DNA of 64,000 bases, filler included, from Vicugna vicugna (GCA_013265495.1; 81 parts of 78 records of this genome joined end to end with filler, not necessarily neighbours in it), one strand, 5' to 3'; shown: positions 24,681 to 37,506, counted from the first letter of the whole stretch. Translations and numbers: made by a program. The notes: generated by a model not told the origin, from the sequence alone.

Positions 24681-27585
24681 GTGAGCTGGGGCCTGAGACA
24701 CTGCCCTGAAATCAGTGCCCCAGAGGCCGCTGGTGACTAGCGGGACCCAGAGACAGAAGCCAGCATGGGATGGGAAGAGGAGGAAGGTTCAGGATAAGGA
24801 GATGAAAGGGGGAACAGATAGCACCGTGAGGACCTCGAAAATGAAAGGGAAGAAAAAAGACAGTGACAGCTGGAGCGGTGTTGGCATTAAAGCTGCGGGC
24901 TTTTTCATTTAATTCCATTAATTACCATTACATATAGTGGCATGTTTTTATCTGATTAAANNNNNNNNNNNNNNNNNNNNNNNNNNNNNNNNNNNNNNNN
25001 NNNNTTAATTAATTAANNNNNNNNNNNNNNNNNNNNNNNNNNNNNNNNNNNNNNNNNNNNTTGTGCAGTTGTAAGTGGAGCTTTGTCTCAATGGGTGAGA
25101 AGGCAGAGTTGTGTTATTATGTGGAAGCTCAACTGTGTGTGTGGCAGCTGGGTGGCCAAAGTGTGGACTGTGCTCATTATCAGTTTGTTGCCTCTTGGTC
25201 CCCAATCTACCCTGTATTTCCCCTGCTTTGTGGTCCTGGAGCTGAAGCCCATAAACATCTCCTCTCGCATGTGGCGCAGTGTCAGTAACTGAAGGGGACA
25301 CTGCAGACACAGCAGAGGGCAGGGCTTGTCTTGTCAGTCTGATGCTGTTCTTCTGGATCCTACGATGGGACAGCCAGTGGCCTGCACAGGGTCCAAGATT
25401 TCTCTTTTTTTTTGTGAACGTGTCTGGCATCGCAGCAGGCTGTTTTCCAGAGGCTTGCTTCCCGTGGAATCTTGCAGTCCTCCAGTGGGTGGTGTCCTGC
25501 CCAGCAGCCTTGGCTGGTGACACATTATGGAGAACTTCTTCACTTTCCAGGGGCTACAGTCCCCTTTTGCCCAACAAGCTCTGAATCCCAGATCCTCTCT
25601 AACAAGAGTTTTCTCCCAAATTTCTCCTTTGCTTGGGTGTCTGCCTCAGCCCTAGAGGTAACGTGTGCCCCCCATGTCTGCTGTTCCTCTATTCCTTAGT
25701 GTTGGCTTTTTTCCCCCTTCTTTAATAGTTAATTAGCTTTTCTAGTTAAGAATTTCTCATCTAATTTTCCCTGTTCAAATGACTTGTGTGGCTTCTGTCT
25801 CCTGACTGGGCTCTGACTGACGTAAAATCTGAAGTGCAGTGTAGCTTGGAGCGGGGCCCTGCCCTGCCCCCAGCGTGTGGAAGGAGTAGTGGAGGCGCTG
25901 ACAAGCTCATTAAAGTGGTTCAGCCCAGCAACAAAGTCACACAAATACATNNNNNNNNNNNNNNNNNNNNNNNNNNNNNNNNNNNNNNNNNNNNTTAATT
26001 AATTAANNNNNNNNNNNNNNNNNNNNNNNNNNNNNNNNNNNNNNNNNNNNACAATGATGGGTAGACGACAGCCCAAGCTTTTCTGCCACAGATGAATGGT
26101 TCCACTCAGGAAGACTGAGCAAGGGGCTCAGGGTCTTAGCTAAGGACAAGCAAGTCGGGACTTCTAATATTACCTAATGCCATCGACGGGGGAGGGCAGT
26201 TCAGCACGAGAAGGGAGCGCCAGGTGAGTTAACATGGAAGTTTCATTCTGGATCCANNNNNNNNNNNNNNNNNNNNNNNNNNNNNNNNNNNNNNNNNNNN
26301 NNNNNNNNNNNNNNNNNNNNNNNNNNNNNNNNNNNNNNNNNNNNNNNNNNNNNNNNNNNNNNNNNNNNNNNNNNNNNNNNNNNNNNNNNNNNNNNNNNNN
26401 NNNNNNNNNNNNNNNNNNNNNNNNNNNNNNNNNNNNNNNNNNNNNNNNNNNNNNNNNNNNNNNNNNNNNNNNNNNNNNNNNNNNNNNNNNNNNNNNNNNN
26501 NNNNNNNNNNNNNNNNNNNNNNNNNNNNNNNNNNNNNNNNNNNNNNNNNNNNNNNNNNNNNNNNNNNNNNNNNNNNNACCCTGTGGCCACGGTGATCCCA
26601 AGCCAAGGGTCTAAGTGACTTCAACCCTATTTACAGGTGACCACAGCCGGTTAGCCTGTGCTGCTCAAAAGGAAGACCCCACATTTGGTTTTGCTGTGTC
26701 AGGGTGGTTGCTAATACCTGGCCTGCTTTGAATCGTTTCATCCTGACAGCAGCCTGGGAGGTGGAAGTTTCATCTCTTAATTTTATTTCAACTTTTCCTG
26801 TTGAAAGTATACTTGGTTTAAAATATTGTGTTAATTCTTGGTGNNNNNNNNNNNNNNNNNNNNNNNNNNNNNNNNNNNNNNNNNNNNTTAATTAATTAAN
26901 NNNNNNNNNNNNNNNNNNNNNNNNNNNNNNNNNNNNNNNNNNNACAGAGGCACAGAAAGCTTCAAACACTTGCCCAAGATGAGGGTTATGGTCAGGAATC
27001 AAGCCAAAGACTTCGTGAATCCAGAACCCAGGATCTTCTTACGAGCAACACGGCACTGCCCAGGCTCCCTGCTGCAAATCCTGCCTCCCTTTGGCTCAGT
27101 TCCATGGCACCTGTGCTGCACAGATGTCCTCACTGCCTGCCTGCCGGCCCGGTGTCTGACCCTGGCACTGCTCCCTCCATCCCACACAGCGCTTCCTTAC
27201 ACACCATCCCCCACGAGGCCATTGCTGTGGCTATTCGGATGTTTACACGGAAACGCAGGTGACAGCCCAGCTTTTTGCTATAGCTGCTGCTCTCAGTGGA
27301 GGCAAAGAGCTCACAGTTGGTGGAGGAGGCCAATTCTGGTCTCCTCCTTGGCTGGAGAGCTGGATGGAANNNNNNNNNNNNNNNNNNNNNNNNNNNNNNN
27401 NNNNNNNNNNNNNTTAATTAATTAANNNNNNNNNNNNNNNNNNNNNNNNNNNNNNNNNNNNNNNNNNNNGTTGGCCTCTCTGTGAGTCCTGGGAAGCTGA
27501 ACTCCAGGGAGAGCTGGTGCAGACACCAGAAGTGGGTTAGGGGCTGCTGGAGCAGGGCATTCGGGGTCCTGGGTTTCCAGAGCCC

Positions 27586-27647
27586 GGGGTGGAGCCAATG
27601 GGCGTGTCCCCTTGGCTCTGCTGACTCCACCCCATGTAGGGCGTGGC
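27586..27647. promoter_or_regulatory. Cluster of Sp/KLF and CCAAT motifs (possible promoter/enhancer)
   Basis: GGGGTGG, CCAAT (27595), GGGCGTG (27600), TGCTGACTC, CCACCC and GGGCGTGGC (27639) within ~60 bp. Motif evidence only. Confidence 0.3.
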
Positions 27648-28217
27648 CAGAGGGAGCATCAGGGCCAGAGGGACCCTCTGGAGTGCAGGACCCAGGACAG
27701 CTCGGGGGTGGGGGTGGGGGGCCCTTGCCGGGATCTAAGGGCAGAAGCCCTAAGGAAGGGCCTGAGAGGGCTGTAAGGTATCCTCATTCCCATCAATTAA
27801 GCAAACCAAAGCTCACCGCAGGCGAGGGTGGGAAGGATTTCGTTACAACAAGGGAAGGCGCTCCCCGAGGTCAGGCCGGAGAGGGCTGGGGGGCTTGCCA
27901 GGCTGATGAGGAACTGAGAGGCCATCAGCCTCTAAACACCGCCCCAGTTCCTCCAGGTGACACTGAAATGCAGTGAGACCCGAAAAGCACGATAAACACA
28001 GGCCGGAAACCCAGCAGCCTGTTGCTTGATTCACTGACCGTCTGGCACCCCCTCTGCTAGAAGCCTTTACCACATCACCCAGGACTGACCCGGCTCTGGA
28101 TTCCAGCTGATTTTCCANNNNNNNNNNNNNNNNNNNNNNNNNNNNNNNNNNNNNNNNNNNNTTAATTAATTAANNNNNNNNNNNNNNNNNNNNNNNNNNN
28201 NNNNNNNNNNNNNNNNN

Positions 28218-28842
28218 AGGCATTCCGTTAGAACCCACGCGCTGCCGAACGTTGGTGGAAACGACCCACGCTCAGTATTCCAGAACATTGTCAGTGCGTG
28301 GGGGAGCTCGAGTGACAACTCCACACAGCTCTCTTCATTCACAGGAGTTCCCTGTTCGGGGAAGTCCGAGAAATATCTTCCCTGACCTTGGGGAGGCAGC
28401 CTCTGTCACTGGNNNNNNNNNNNNNNNNNNNNNNNNNNNNNNNNNNNNNNNNNNNNNNNNNNNNNNNNNNNNNNNNNNNNNNNNNNCATTCCGTTAGAAC
28501 CCACGCGCTGCCGACCGTTGGTGGAACCTCCCCATGCTCAGGATTCCGGAACCATTGTCAGTGTGTGGGGGAGCTCGAGAGACAACTCCACGCAGCTCTC
28601 TTCAGACACAGGTGTTCCCTGTTGGGGGAAGTCCGGGAATTATATTCCCTGACCTTGGGGATGCAGCGCATGTCACTGGGATATCCTTCAAACCCCCCTA
28701 CTATTCCTGGCACAGAGAAATTAGGAAAACCCTCAGGGGAGACGAGCTTAGGCATTCCGTTAGAACCCACGCGCTGCCGACCGTTGGTGGAACCTCCCCA
28801 ATCTCAGGATTCCGGAAACATTGTCAGTGCGTGGGGGATCTA
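28218..28842. repeat. Satellite B
   Basis: GTTAGAACCCACG at 28493 and 28759 (266). Confidence 0.96.
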
Positions 28843-29499
28843 NNNNNNNNNNNNNNNNNNNNNNNNNNNNNNNNNNNNNNNNNNNNTTAATTAATTAANN
28901 NNNNNNNNNNNNNNNNNNNNNNNNNNNNNNNNNNNNNNNNNNAAAAAAAAGAAAACTGGCAGAGATGAAACACCTAGAAGAAAGTAAAATTTACAGAAAA
29001 TGATAAAACTAAAACTAAGGAAATTTCACGCTTAGCTATAGCAGAGAATAAAGAAGCCAAGTGTTAATAAAAAATAACATTTTTATCAGTGGTCCCTCAA
29101 ATCTCCATTCTTTTACAATTTAGAATATTTTATGAACTGCTTATAAGTGCACATTTCTAATTCCCCTAAAGACATTAAAATAATGTGGGAAATCCTCACC
29201 ATCTAAATTGTATATAAACATTCTGTGCACAAGAAATTAGTGAAAAGTTATATCAAAGAAGGATCAACTGTCTTATTAATGAACTTCACATTTATTTACT
29301 AAGAGTGTCAATTTTAATATTCTATTAAATGAAATATACTACAAAAAGCAATCTGGAGTCAGACTCATACACATAAAACATCTTAAACATTTTAACATTA
29401 AACATTTATCTATCTTTTATTTCCATTCTTTCCTAAATAAAGCTCTACCTTTGTATTCAATAGTCCCCTAGGAATTATGTAGGAGGTCTAATTATACTA

Positions 29500-29787
29500 A
29501 CAAAAGATCTGCAATAAACAACCTGATTTACCCTTTCAGGAACTAGACAAAGAACAAAGTAAATTCAAAAGGAAGGAAATAACAAAGATTAGAGCAGAAA
29601 ATAGCAAAACAATAGAAAAAAATCAACAAAAGCTGTTGAAAAGAAAATATAGAAGAAAAGTCTTGGTATTGATTTTAGCAGTGATCACAGACGTGACACC
29701 AAAATCACAGGGAACAAAAGCAAAAACCAACAAGTGAGACTGTATCAAACTATAAAGTTTCTGCACAGCAAAGGAAATGATCAACAG
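29500..29787 (+). mobile_element. Old LINE-1 ORF2 fragments with internal deletion
   Basis: AGGAACTAGACAAAGAACAAA...GAAGGAAATAACAAAGATTAGAGCAGAAA joined to ATCAAACTATAAAGTTTCTGCACAGCAAAGGAAA. Confidence 0.75.
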
Positions 29788-30442
29788 NNNNNNNNNNNNN
29801 NNNNNNNNNNNNNNNNNNNNNNNNNNNNNNNTTAATTAATTAANNNNNNNNNNNNNNNNNNNNNNNNNNNNNNNNNNNNNNNNNNNNTATTTCCAGATCT
29901 AGGAAGTCCAATTTGTGTTCACCTGCTTAGCAGTCCATCAAATACTTGCCAAGTCTCATGTGGCCTGAGGAGTGCAGAAACCAAGTCTTACCTGTCTTGG
30001 TCTCCCCAGCAGTTGATACAGCGTTTAGCATAGCAGGTGCTCAGTGTTTGTTGGATAGATAAACGAATGAATCAGTAAAGAAATGAGAGCTCTACAATCC
30101 CCCTCAGTTACTAAGCTGCCATTTAGGAAAGTTCATTCTGCGGAGTTAAGGAAATGTCAGTGTAGGTGCTGGGCAGACAGAACAGAGGTGAGGGCGTGTG
30201 GGAGACAGGCCTGGTATGCTGGAGAGCGCAGGAGAGGTGTGGGGGGAGAGAGCACTGGATAGAGAAGGAATGGAGGGGCGGGTGCAAGGAGATGTTTAAG
30301 AACAACTGATATTAACTGCAGTAAATTAAATGGAGAACATAANNNNNNNNNNNNNNNNNNNNNNNNNNNNNNNNNNNNNNNNNNNNTTAATTAATTAANN
30401 NNNNNNNNNNNNNNNNNNNNNNNNNNNNNNNNNNNNNNNNNN

Positions 30443-30649
30443 AATGAGTATAAAACTCTCATATTTTATTGCTCCTTTAATCATTATGTCATGTCCTTGT
30501 TTATCTTTTTCAGTGGCCTTTCTTGTAAAGTCTAGTTTGAATGAAGTCAGTACTGCTAGTCCTGCTTTCTTGTCACGTGCATTTGCATGGAATATATTCT
30601 TCCATCTTCTGACTTTCAATTGATTTGTTTTCCTCTTACTAAATTGGGT
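30443..30649 (-). mobile_element. LINE-1 ORF2 endonuclease N-terminal fragment
   Basis: KVRRWKNIFHANARDKKAGLAVLTSFKLDF...KDKQGHDIMIKGAI matches the L1 EN consensus WKKIFHAN..KKAGVAILISDK.DF...DKEGHYIMIKGSI. Confidence 0.9.
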
Positions 30650-31596
30650 NNNNNNNNNNNNNNNNNNNNNNNNNNNNNNNNNNNNNNNNNNNNNNNNNNN
30701 NNNNNNNNNNNNNNNNNNNNNNNNNNNNNNNNNNNNNNNNNNNNNNNNNNNNNNNNNNNNNNNNNNNNNNNNNNNNNNNNNNNNNNNNNNNNNNNNNNNN
30801 NNNNNNNNNNNNNNNNNNNNNNNNNNNNNNNNNNNNNNNNNNNNNNNNNNNNNNNNNNNNNNNNNNNNNNNNNNNNNNNNNNNNNNNNNNNNNNNNNNNN
30901 NNNNNNNNNNNNNNNNNNNNNNNNNNNNNNNNNNNNNNNNNNNNNNNNNNNNNNNNNNNNNNNNNNNNNNNNNNNNNNNNNNNNNNNNNNNNNNNNNNNN
31001 NNNNNNNNNNNNNNNNNNNNNNNNNNNNNNNNNNNNNNNNNNNNNNNNNNNNNNNNNNNNNNNNNNNNNNNNNNNNNNNNNNNNNNNNNNNNNNNNTTGT
31101 AGATATTCCCTTTCTAATTATGCCTTTCTCTTTTCTATAGAATCCTGCTTCTTTTGTATNNNNNNNNNNNNNNNNNNNNNNNNNNNNNNNNNNNNNNNNN
31201 NNNTTAATTAATTAANNNNNNNNNNNNNNNNNNNNNNNNNNNNNNNNNNNNNNNNNNNNAGTTTGTATTCTATGTCTATGAGTCTATTTCTGCTTTGTAT
31301 TTATACTTTGTTTTTTTTGTTTTTGGAACTGACTTCTTAAACCATGGGGTCTACCTAGGTAGTTCATGTCAGAATTGAATTGAACTGAATTGTTGGACAT
31401 TTAACTGGTGTCCCAGCGCTGGTGTCAGAACCACAATGACAGGTGGCCTTTTGTCTTGTTCCAAAAAGAGATGTCTGTGGGGAAGGAGCCTGGGCAGGCA
31501 GGCCTGCTGGNNNNNNNNNNNNNNNNNNNNNNNNNNNNNNNNNNNNNNNNNNNNNNNNNNNNNNNNNNNNNNNNNNNNNNNNNNNNNNNNNNNNNN

Positions 31597-31820
31597 TATG
31601 ATATAAACCACTAGGTACAGAACAGACAACCAACCAAGTCCTGCTGTTTAGCACACAGAACTATATTCAGTGGTTTGTAGTAACCTGTAATGTAAAAGAC
31701 GATGTATGTATATGTATAAGTGAATCACGATGCTGTAAACCAGGAACTAATACAACATTGTAAATCAAAAAAAATTGCAAAACTTTCCAAAAAATAAAAT
31801 AAAATAAAGAAATAAAATTT
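31597..31820 (+). mobile_element. LINE-1 3' end with A-rich tail
   Basis: CAAGTCCTGCTGTTTAGCACACAGAACTATATTCAG...GAATCAC...CTGTAAACCAGGAACTAATACAACATTGTAAATCAA followed by an A-rich tail. Confidence 0.8.
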
Positions 31821-32203
31821 TAAAAACTAGTAATAAGTGTTACTGAAATGTCTGGTGATGTGGGACATTTAGGATAGTCTAGTAAAAGTTGGAGGACATT
31901 TACCAAAGATTCTGATTTGAAATTATTATCTGTGCCCTTTACTTTGAAGTCGGTCCCACACGACAGGAGAGGACTGGCTTCTCGACCTCATTCTGAGTTT
32001 ATAAAATATGAAACCTGTATTTTGAAAAAAATTCTGTTTCATTAATTATTTGCTACCCTCTCCAAATCAGACACAAAAATCCTCCTGCCAGCTGCATAGA
32101 GAGNNNNNNNNNNNNNNNNNNNNNNNNNNNNNNNNNNNNNNNNNNNNTTAATTAATTAANNNNNNNNNNNNNNNNNNNNNNNNNNNNNNNNNNNNNNNNN
32201 NNN

Positions 32204-32530
32204 AAAAATAAACTCAAAGCCTAAAACTGTAAAACTCTGAGAAGAAAACATAGGAGAATATCCTCACATTGGATTTGGCATCAGTTTCTTGGATCTGACA
32301 CCAAAGCACAGACAGCAAAAGTGAAAACAGATAAACTGAACTGTATCAAAGTTAAAAACTTCTGTGCATTAAAGGATACGTGCATCAAAGTGAAAAGGCA
32401 ACCTATGGAATAGGAGAAGATATTTGCAAATCATGTATCTGGTAAGGGGTTAGTATCCAGAATATAGAAAAACTCCTAAAACGCAATAAAATACAATAAA
32501 ACAACCCAATTAAAAATAGGCAATGGACTC
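32204..32530 (+). mobile_element. LINE-1 ORF2 3' fragment
   Basis: CCTAAAACTGTAAAACTC..AGAAAACATAGGAG, AAAACTTCTGTGCATTAAAGGA, GGAGAAGATATTTGCAAATCAT. Confidence 0.9.
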
Positions 32531-32534
32531 CCCT

Positions 32535-32898
32535 CCAGTTTTATTTAGGTATGATTGACAAATGAAAATTATATATATTCAAGAGGGATGGAGGTATAGC
32601 TCAGTGGTAGAGTGTGTGCTTGGTGTGCAAGAGGTCCTAGGTTCAATCTGTCAGGGAAAAAAATTATATATATTTAAGATGCATAATGTGATGTTTTGAT
32701 ATATGTATACACTGTGAAATGATTATCACAATCAAACTTATTAATATATTTATCAATTACTATTTATGTGTGTGTCTGTGCGCACACGCAAGCACACGCA
32801 CATGTGGTGAGAACACTTGAGATCTATTCTCTTGGCAAATTTCAAGTGTACAATAATTATTGCTAACTACTGTCACAGGCTATGCCTTAGGCCTCCAG
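32535..32898 (-). mobile_element. LINE-1 (L1MA-like) 3' end interrupted by a SINE
   Basis: ATGATTGACAAATGAAAATTATATATATT...ATGTGATGTTTTGATATATGTATACACTGTGAAATGATTA...GTGGTGAGAACACTTGAGATCTA. Confidence 0.85.
32585..32659 (+). mobile_element. tRNA-derived SINE (vic-1-like) with 20-bp target-site duplication
   Basis: A box TAGCTCAGTGG, B box GGTTCAATC, short A tail; flanked by AAAATTATATATATT(C/T)AAGA at 32565-32584 and 32660-32679. Confidence 0.88.
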
Positions 32899-32998
32899 NN
32901 NNNNNNNNNNNNNNNNNNNNNNNNNNNNNNNNNNNNNNNNNNTTAATTAATTAANNNNNNNNNNNNNNNNNNNNNNNNNNNNNNNNNNNNNNNNNNNN

Positions 32999-33498
32999 GC
33001 AGGATATCCCAGTGACAGGGGCTGCCTCCACAAGATCAGGGAATGTATTTCACGGATTTCCCCATACAGGGAACACCTGTGACTGAAGAGAGCTACGTGA
33101 CGTTGTCTCTCGAGGTCCCCCACGCACTGACAATAGTTCCGGAATCCTGAACGTGGGGAGGTTCCACCAACGGTCGGCAGCGCGTGGGTTCTAACGGAAA
33201 GCCTAAGCTCGTCTCCCCTGAGGGTTTTCCTAATGTCTCTGTGCCAGGGAATGCTAGNNNNNNNNNNNNNNNNNNNNNNNNNNNNNNNNNNNNNNNNNNN
33301 NNNNNNNNNNNNNNNNNNNNNNNNNNNNNNNNNNNNNNNNNNNNNNNNNNNNNNNNNNNNNNNNNNNNNNNNNNCGCACTGACAATTTTTCCGGAATCCT
33401 GAGCGTGGGGAGGTTCCACCAACGATCGGCAGCGCTGGATTCTAACGGAATGACTAAGCTTGTCTCTCCTGAGGGTTTTCCTAATATCTCTGTGCCAG
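32999..33498. repeat. Satellite B, reverse orientation
   Basis: Core B motif on both sides of the gap. Confidence 0.95.
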
Positions 33499-33598
33499 NN
33501 NNNNNNNNNNNNNNNNNNNNNNNNNNNNNNNNNNNNNNNNNNTTAATTAATTAANNNNNNNNNNNNNNNNNNNNNNNNNNNNNNNNNNNNNNNNNNNN

Positions 33599-34736
33599 CT
33601 CTGTGCCAGGGAATGCTAGGGTTGATTGCAGGGTTTCCCAGTGACTCAGGCTGCCTCCCCAAAGTAAGGGAAGTTGTTTCCCGGACTTCTGCTAACAGGG
33701 AAAACCTGTGACTGGAGAGAGCGGCGTGGAGTTGTCTCTCGAGATCCCCCACGCACTGACAATGGTTCCGGAATCCTGAGCGTGGGGAGGTTCCACCAAC
33801 GGTCGAAGCGCGTGGGTTCTAACGGAATGCAAAAGCTCGTCTCCCCTGAGNNNNNNNNNNNNNNNNNNNNNNNNNNNNNNNNNNNNNNNNNNNNNNNNNN
33901 NNNNNNNNNNNNNNNNNNNNNNNNNNNNNNNNNNNNNNNNNNNNNNNNNNNNNNNNNNNNNNNNNNNNNNNNNNNNNNNNNNNNNNNNNNNNNNNNNNNN
34001 NNNNNNNNNNNNNNNNNNNNNNNNNNNNNNNNNNNNNNNNNNNNNNNNNNNNNNNNNNNNNNNNNNNNNNNNNNNNNNNNNNNNNNNNNNNNNNNNNNNN
34101 NNNNNNNNNNNNNNNNNNNNNNNNNNNNNNNNNNNNNNNNNNNNNNNNNNNNNNNNNNNNNNNNNNNNNNNNNNNNNNNNNNNNNNNNNNNNNNNNNNNN
34201 NNNNNNNNNNNNNNNNNNNNNNNNNNNNNNNNNNNNNNNNNNNNNNNNNNNNNNNNNNNNNNNNNNNNNNNNNNNNNNNNNNNNNNNNNNNNNNNNNNNN
34301 NNNNNNNNNNNNNNNNNNNNNNNNNNNNNNNNNNNNNNNNNNNNNNNNNNNNNNNNNNNNNNNNNNNNNNNNNNNNNNNNNNNNNNNNNNNNNNNNNNNN
34401 NNNNNNNNNNNNNNNNNNNNNNNNNNNNNNNNNNNNNNNNNNNNNNNNNNNNNNNNNNNNNNNNNNNNGACTGAAGAGAGCTGCATGGAGTTGTCTCTCG
34501 AGCTCCCCAACGCACTGACAATGGCTCCGGAATCCTGAGCGTGGGGAGGTTACACCAACGGTCGGCAGCGCTTGGGTTATAACGGAATGCCTCAGCTCGT
34601 CTCCCCTGAGGGTTTTCCTAATGTCTCTGTGCCAGGGAATGCTAGGGGTGATTGCAGGATATCCCAGTGACCGAGACAGCCTCACCAATTACAGGGAAGG
34701 TGTTTCCCGGACTTCCCCGTACAGGGAACACCTGTG
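33599..34736. repeat. Satellite B, reverse orientation (internal gap)
   Basis: Core B motif on both sides of the gap. Confidence 0.95.
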
Positions 34737-34836
34737 NNNNNNNNNNNNNNNNNNNNNNNNNNNNNNNNNNNNNNNNNNNNTTAATTAATTAANNNNNNNN
34801 NNNNNNNNNNNNNNNNNNNNNNNNNNNNNNNNNNNN

Positions 34837-35626
34837 TCAGTATTCTGTATTCTATATTCTAAATTCTGTGTCCTACATTCCATGTTCTTAGTTCTGGGTT
34901 CAATATTTTCTATTCAATATTCTATATTTTGTGTTCATCATTCTAAATTCTTTATTCTATATTCTGCATTCCGTAGCCTATATTCTATATTCTGTGTTCT
35001 ACATACTATATTCTANNNNNNNNNNNNNNNNNNNNNNNNNNNNNNNNNNNNNNNNNNNNNNNNNNNNNNNNNNNNNNNNNNNNNNNNNNNNNNNNNNNNN
35101 NNNNNNNNNNNNNNNNNNNNNNNNNNNNNNNNNNNNNNNNNNNNNNNNNNNNNNNNNNNNNNNNNNNNNNNNNNNNNNNNNNNNNNNNNNNNNNNNNNNN
35201 NNNNNNNNNNNNNNNNNNNNNNNNNNNNNNNNNNNNNNNNNNNNNNNNNNNNNNNNNNNNNNNNNNNNNNNNNNNNNNNNNNNNNNNNNNNNNNNNNNNN
35301 NNNNNNNNNNNNNNNNNNNNNNNNNNNNNNNNNNNNNNNNNNNNNNNNNNNNNNNNNNNNNNNNNNNNNNNNNNNNNNNNNNNNNNNNNNNNNNNNNNNN
35401 NNNNNNNNNNNNNNNNNNNNNNNNNNNNNNNNNNNNNNNNNNNNNNNNNNNNNNNNNNNNNNNNNNNNNNNNNNNNNNNNNNNNNNNNNNNNNNNNNNNN
35501 NNNNNNNNNNNNNNNNNNNNNNNNNNNNNNNNNNNNNNNNNNNNNNNNNNNNNNNNNNTATATTTTGTGTTCAACATTCTTTATTCTATATTGTTTATTC
35601 TGCATTCCGTAGTCTATATTCTATAT
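34837..35626. repeat. Satellite C (internal gap)
   Basis: Heptamer array. Confidence 0.92.
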
Positions 35627-35726
35627 NNNNNNNNNNNNNNNNNNNNNNNNNNNNNNNNNNNNNNNNNNNNTTAATTAATTAANNNNNNNNNNNNNNNNNN
35701 NNNNNNNNNNNNNNNNNNNNNNNNNN

Positions 35727-36565
35727 AATTTACATGAATTCCAACAACATGGCATTCCGGGTTTTGTACATAATACATGTATGACGGATTCGGCAATCAT
35801 ACGTTTCTAGATTGTGAGCATGTGGATTACTGACCTTTCATCCACCAAACAAGGTGTATATAGGCTTAGAAATATTTACTCAGACTTCATATTTTTTCTA
35901 TCACCAGGTTCTAAAATCGGACATTTGGCACCAGAAAACACTCTTTGAGCTAAATCTCACCAATACACATGTAATTTGCATTGTTTACATAACCATGGCA
36001 TTCCGTAATACGAACATGTTTCATGCGTCACAGATTCCTCAAACATGCATTTCTGAGTTGTGAACATGGGCATGAGTGATGATTCAACCACCAAATATGT
36101 TATATATGCACTCTGAAATATTTACTTAGACTTCGTTGTTTCTTGCTTTCACCAGTTTCAAGAATCACACTTTGATCCCAGAAAAAACCTCTTGGAGCGA
36201 ATTCTAACCTACAGATATGTAATTTGAATAGATTCCATCTACATGATATTCCGTGTTCATTACATGCTACATATATGACGTATTTGACAAACATGCATTC
36301 CTGAGCTGAGAGCATGTGGATTACTAATCTTTCATCCTCTATAAAAGGAATATTATCATCTAGATTCGTGTACATATTTTCACAAGCTTTCCCTAAAACA
36401 AGTTTCGAATTCGTGCTTTTTTCACAGAAAAATGGTTCTGGAGCGATTTCAAACTAACAGATATGTAATTTACATGAATTCCAACAACATGGCATTCCGG
36501 GTTCCGTACATATCGGGTTGCGTACATGCTACATGTATGAAGGATTCGTCAATCATATGTTTCTG
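35727..36565. repeat. Satellite A, reverse orientation, more than one trimer
   Basis: AATTTACATGAATTCCAACAACATGGCATTCCGGG at 35727 and again near 36467 (~740). Confidence 0.93.
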
Positions 36566-36665
36566 NNNNNNNNNNNNNNNNNNNNNNNNNNNNNNNNNNN
36601 NNNNNNNNNTTAATTAATTAANNNNNNNNNNNNNNNNNNNNNNNNNNNNNNNNNNNNNNNNNNNN

Positions 36666-37406
36666 CTGTGCTGTACAGTAGGGCCTTGTTGTTTATCTCT
36701 TTTATATACAATAGTGTGTATCTGCAATTCCCAAACTCCTAATCTACCCCTTCCCTTCCTTTTCCATTTGATAACTGTAAGCTTTTTTATGTCTGTGAGT
36801 CTATTTCAGTTTTGTAAATAAGTTCATTTGTATCATATTTTTAGATTCCACATATAAGTGATGTCATATAATTTTCATCTTTCTCTGATATACTTCACTT
36901 AATATGATAATCTCTAGATCCATTCATGTTGCTATAAATGTCATTATTTCATTTTTTATGGCTGAGTAATATTCCTATATGTATCTCTATGTATGTATGC
37001 ATATATAGCACATCTTCTTTACTCAGTCATCTGTCGATGGACATTTAGGTTGCTTCCATGACTTGGCTATTGTAAACAGTGCTGCTNNNNNNNNNNNNNN
37101 NNNNNNNNNNNNNNNNNNNNNNNNNNNNNNNNNNNNNNNNNNNNNNNNNNNNNNNNNNNNNNNNNNNNNNNNNNNNNNNNNNNNNNNNNNNNNNNNNNNN
37201 NNNNNNNATGGTAATTCTATTTTAAGGGTTTCAAGGAACGTCCATACTGTCCTCCATGGTGGCTGCTCCAATTTACATTCCCACCAGCAGTGAACAAGGG
37301 CTCCCTTTCCTCCACACCCTCCCCAGCATTTGTTATTTGTAGACTTTTGATGATGGCCATTCTCACTGTAATTTTGATTTGCATTTCTCTAGTAATTAGC
37401 AATAGT
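36666..37406 (-). mobile_element. LINE-1 ORF2 C-terminus and 3' UTR
   Basis: Minus-strand peptides LITREMQIKIT, WRTVW.FL.TLKIELP and AALFTIAKSWKQPKCPSTD; 3' UTR motif TTTAGATTCCACATATAAGTGAT. Confidence 0.93.
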
Positions 37407-37506
37407 NNNNNNNNNNNNNNNNNNNNNNNNNNNNNNNNNNNNNNNNNNNNTTAATTAATTAANNNNNNNNNNNNNNNNNNNNNNNNNNNNNNNNNNNNNN
37501 NNNNNN

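Noticed and set aside
25005..28073. Overlapping ORFs of 60-170 aa in GC-rich unique scaffolds
   Set aside because: No recognisable domains; open frames on both strands are expected by chance at this GC content.
31365..31435. Possible MER21-like LTR fragment (and an L2-like tail at ~30020-30075)
   Set aside because: Too short and diverged to support without a repeat-library search.
32585..32655. Functional tRNA gene
   Set aside because: Acceptor and T stems do not pair well; it has an A tail and TSD and sits inside an L1, so it is a SINE.
32204..32898. Twin-primed inverted L1
   Set aside because: The sense ORF2 piece abuts the 3' tail end of the antisense element, which is the wrong geometry; independent insertions fit better.
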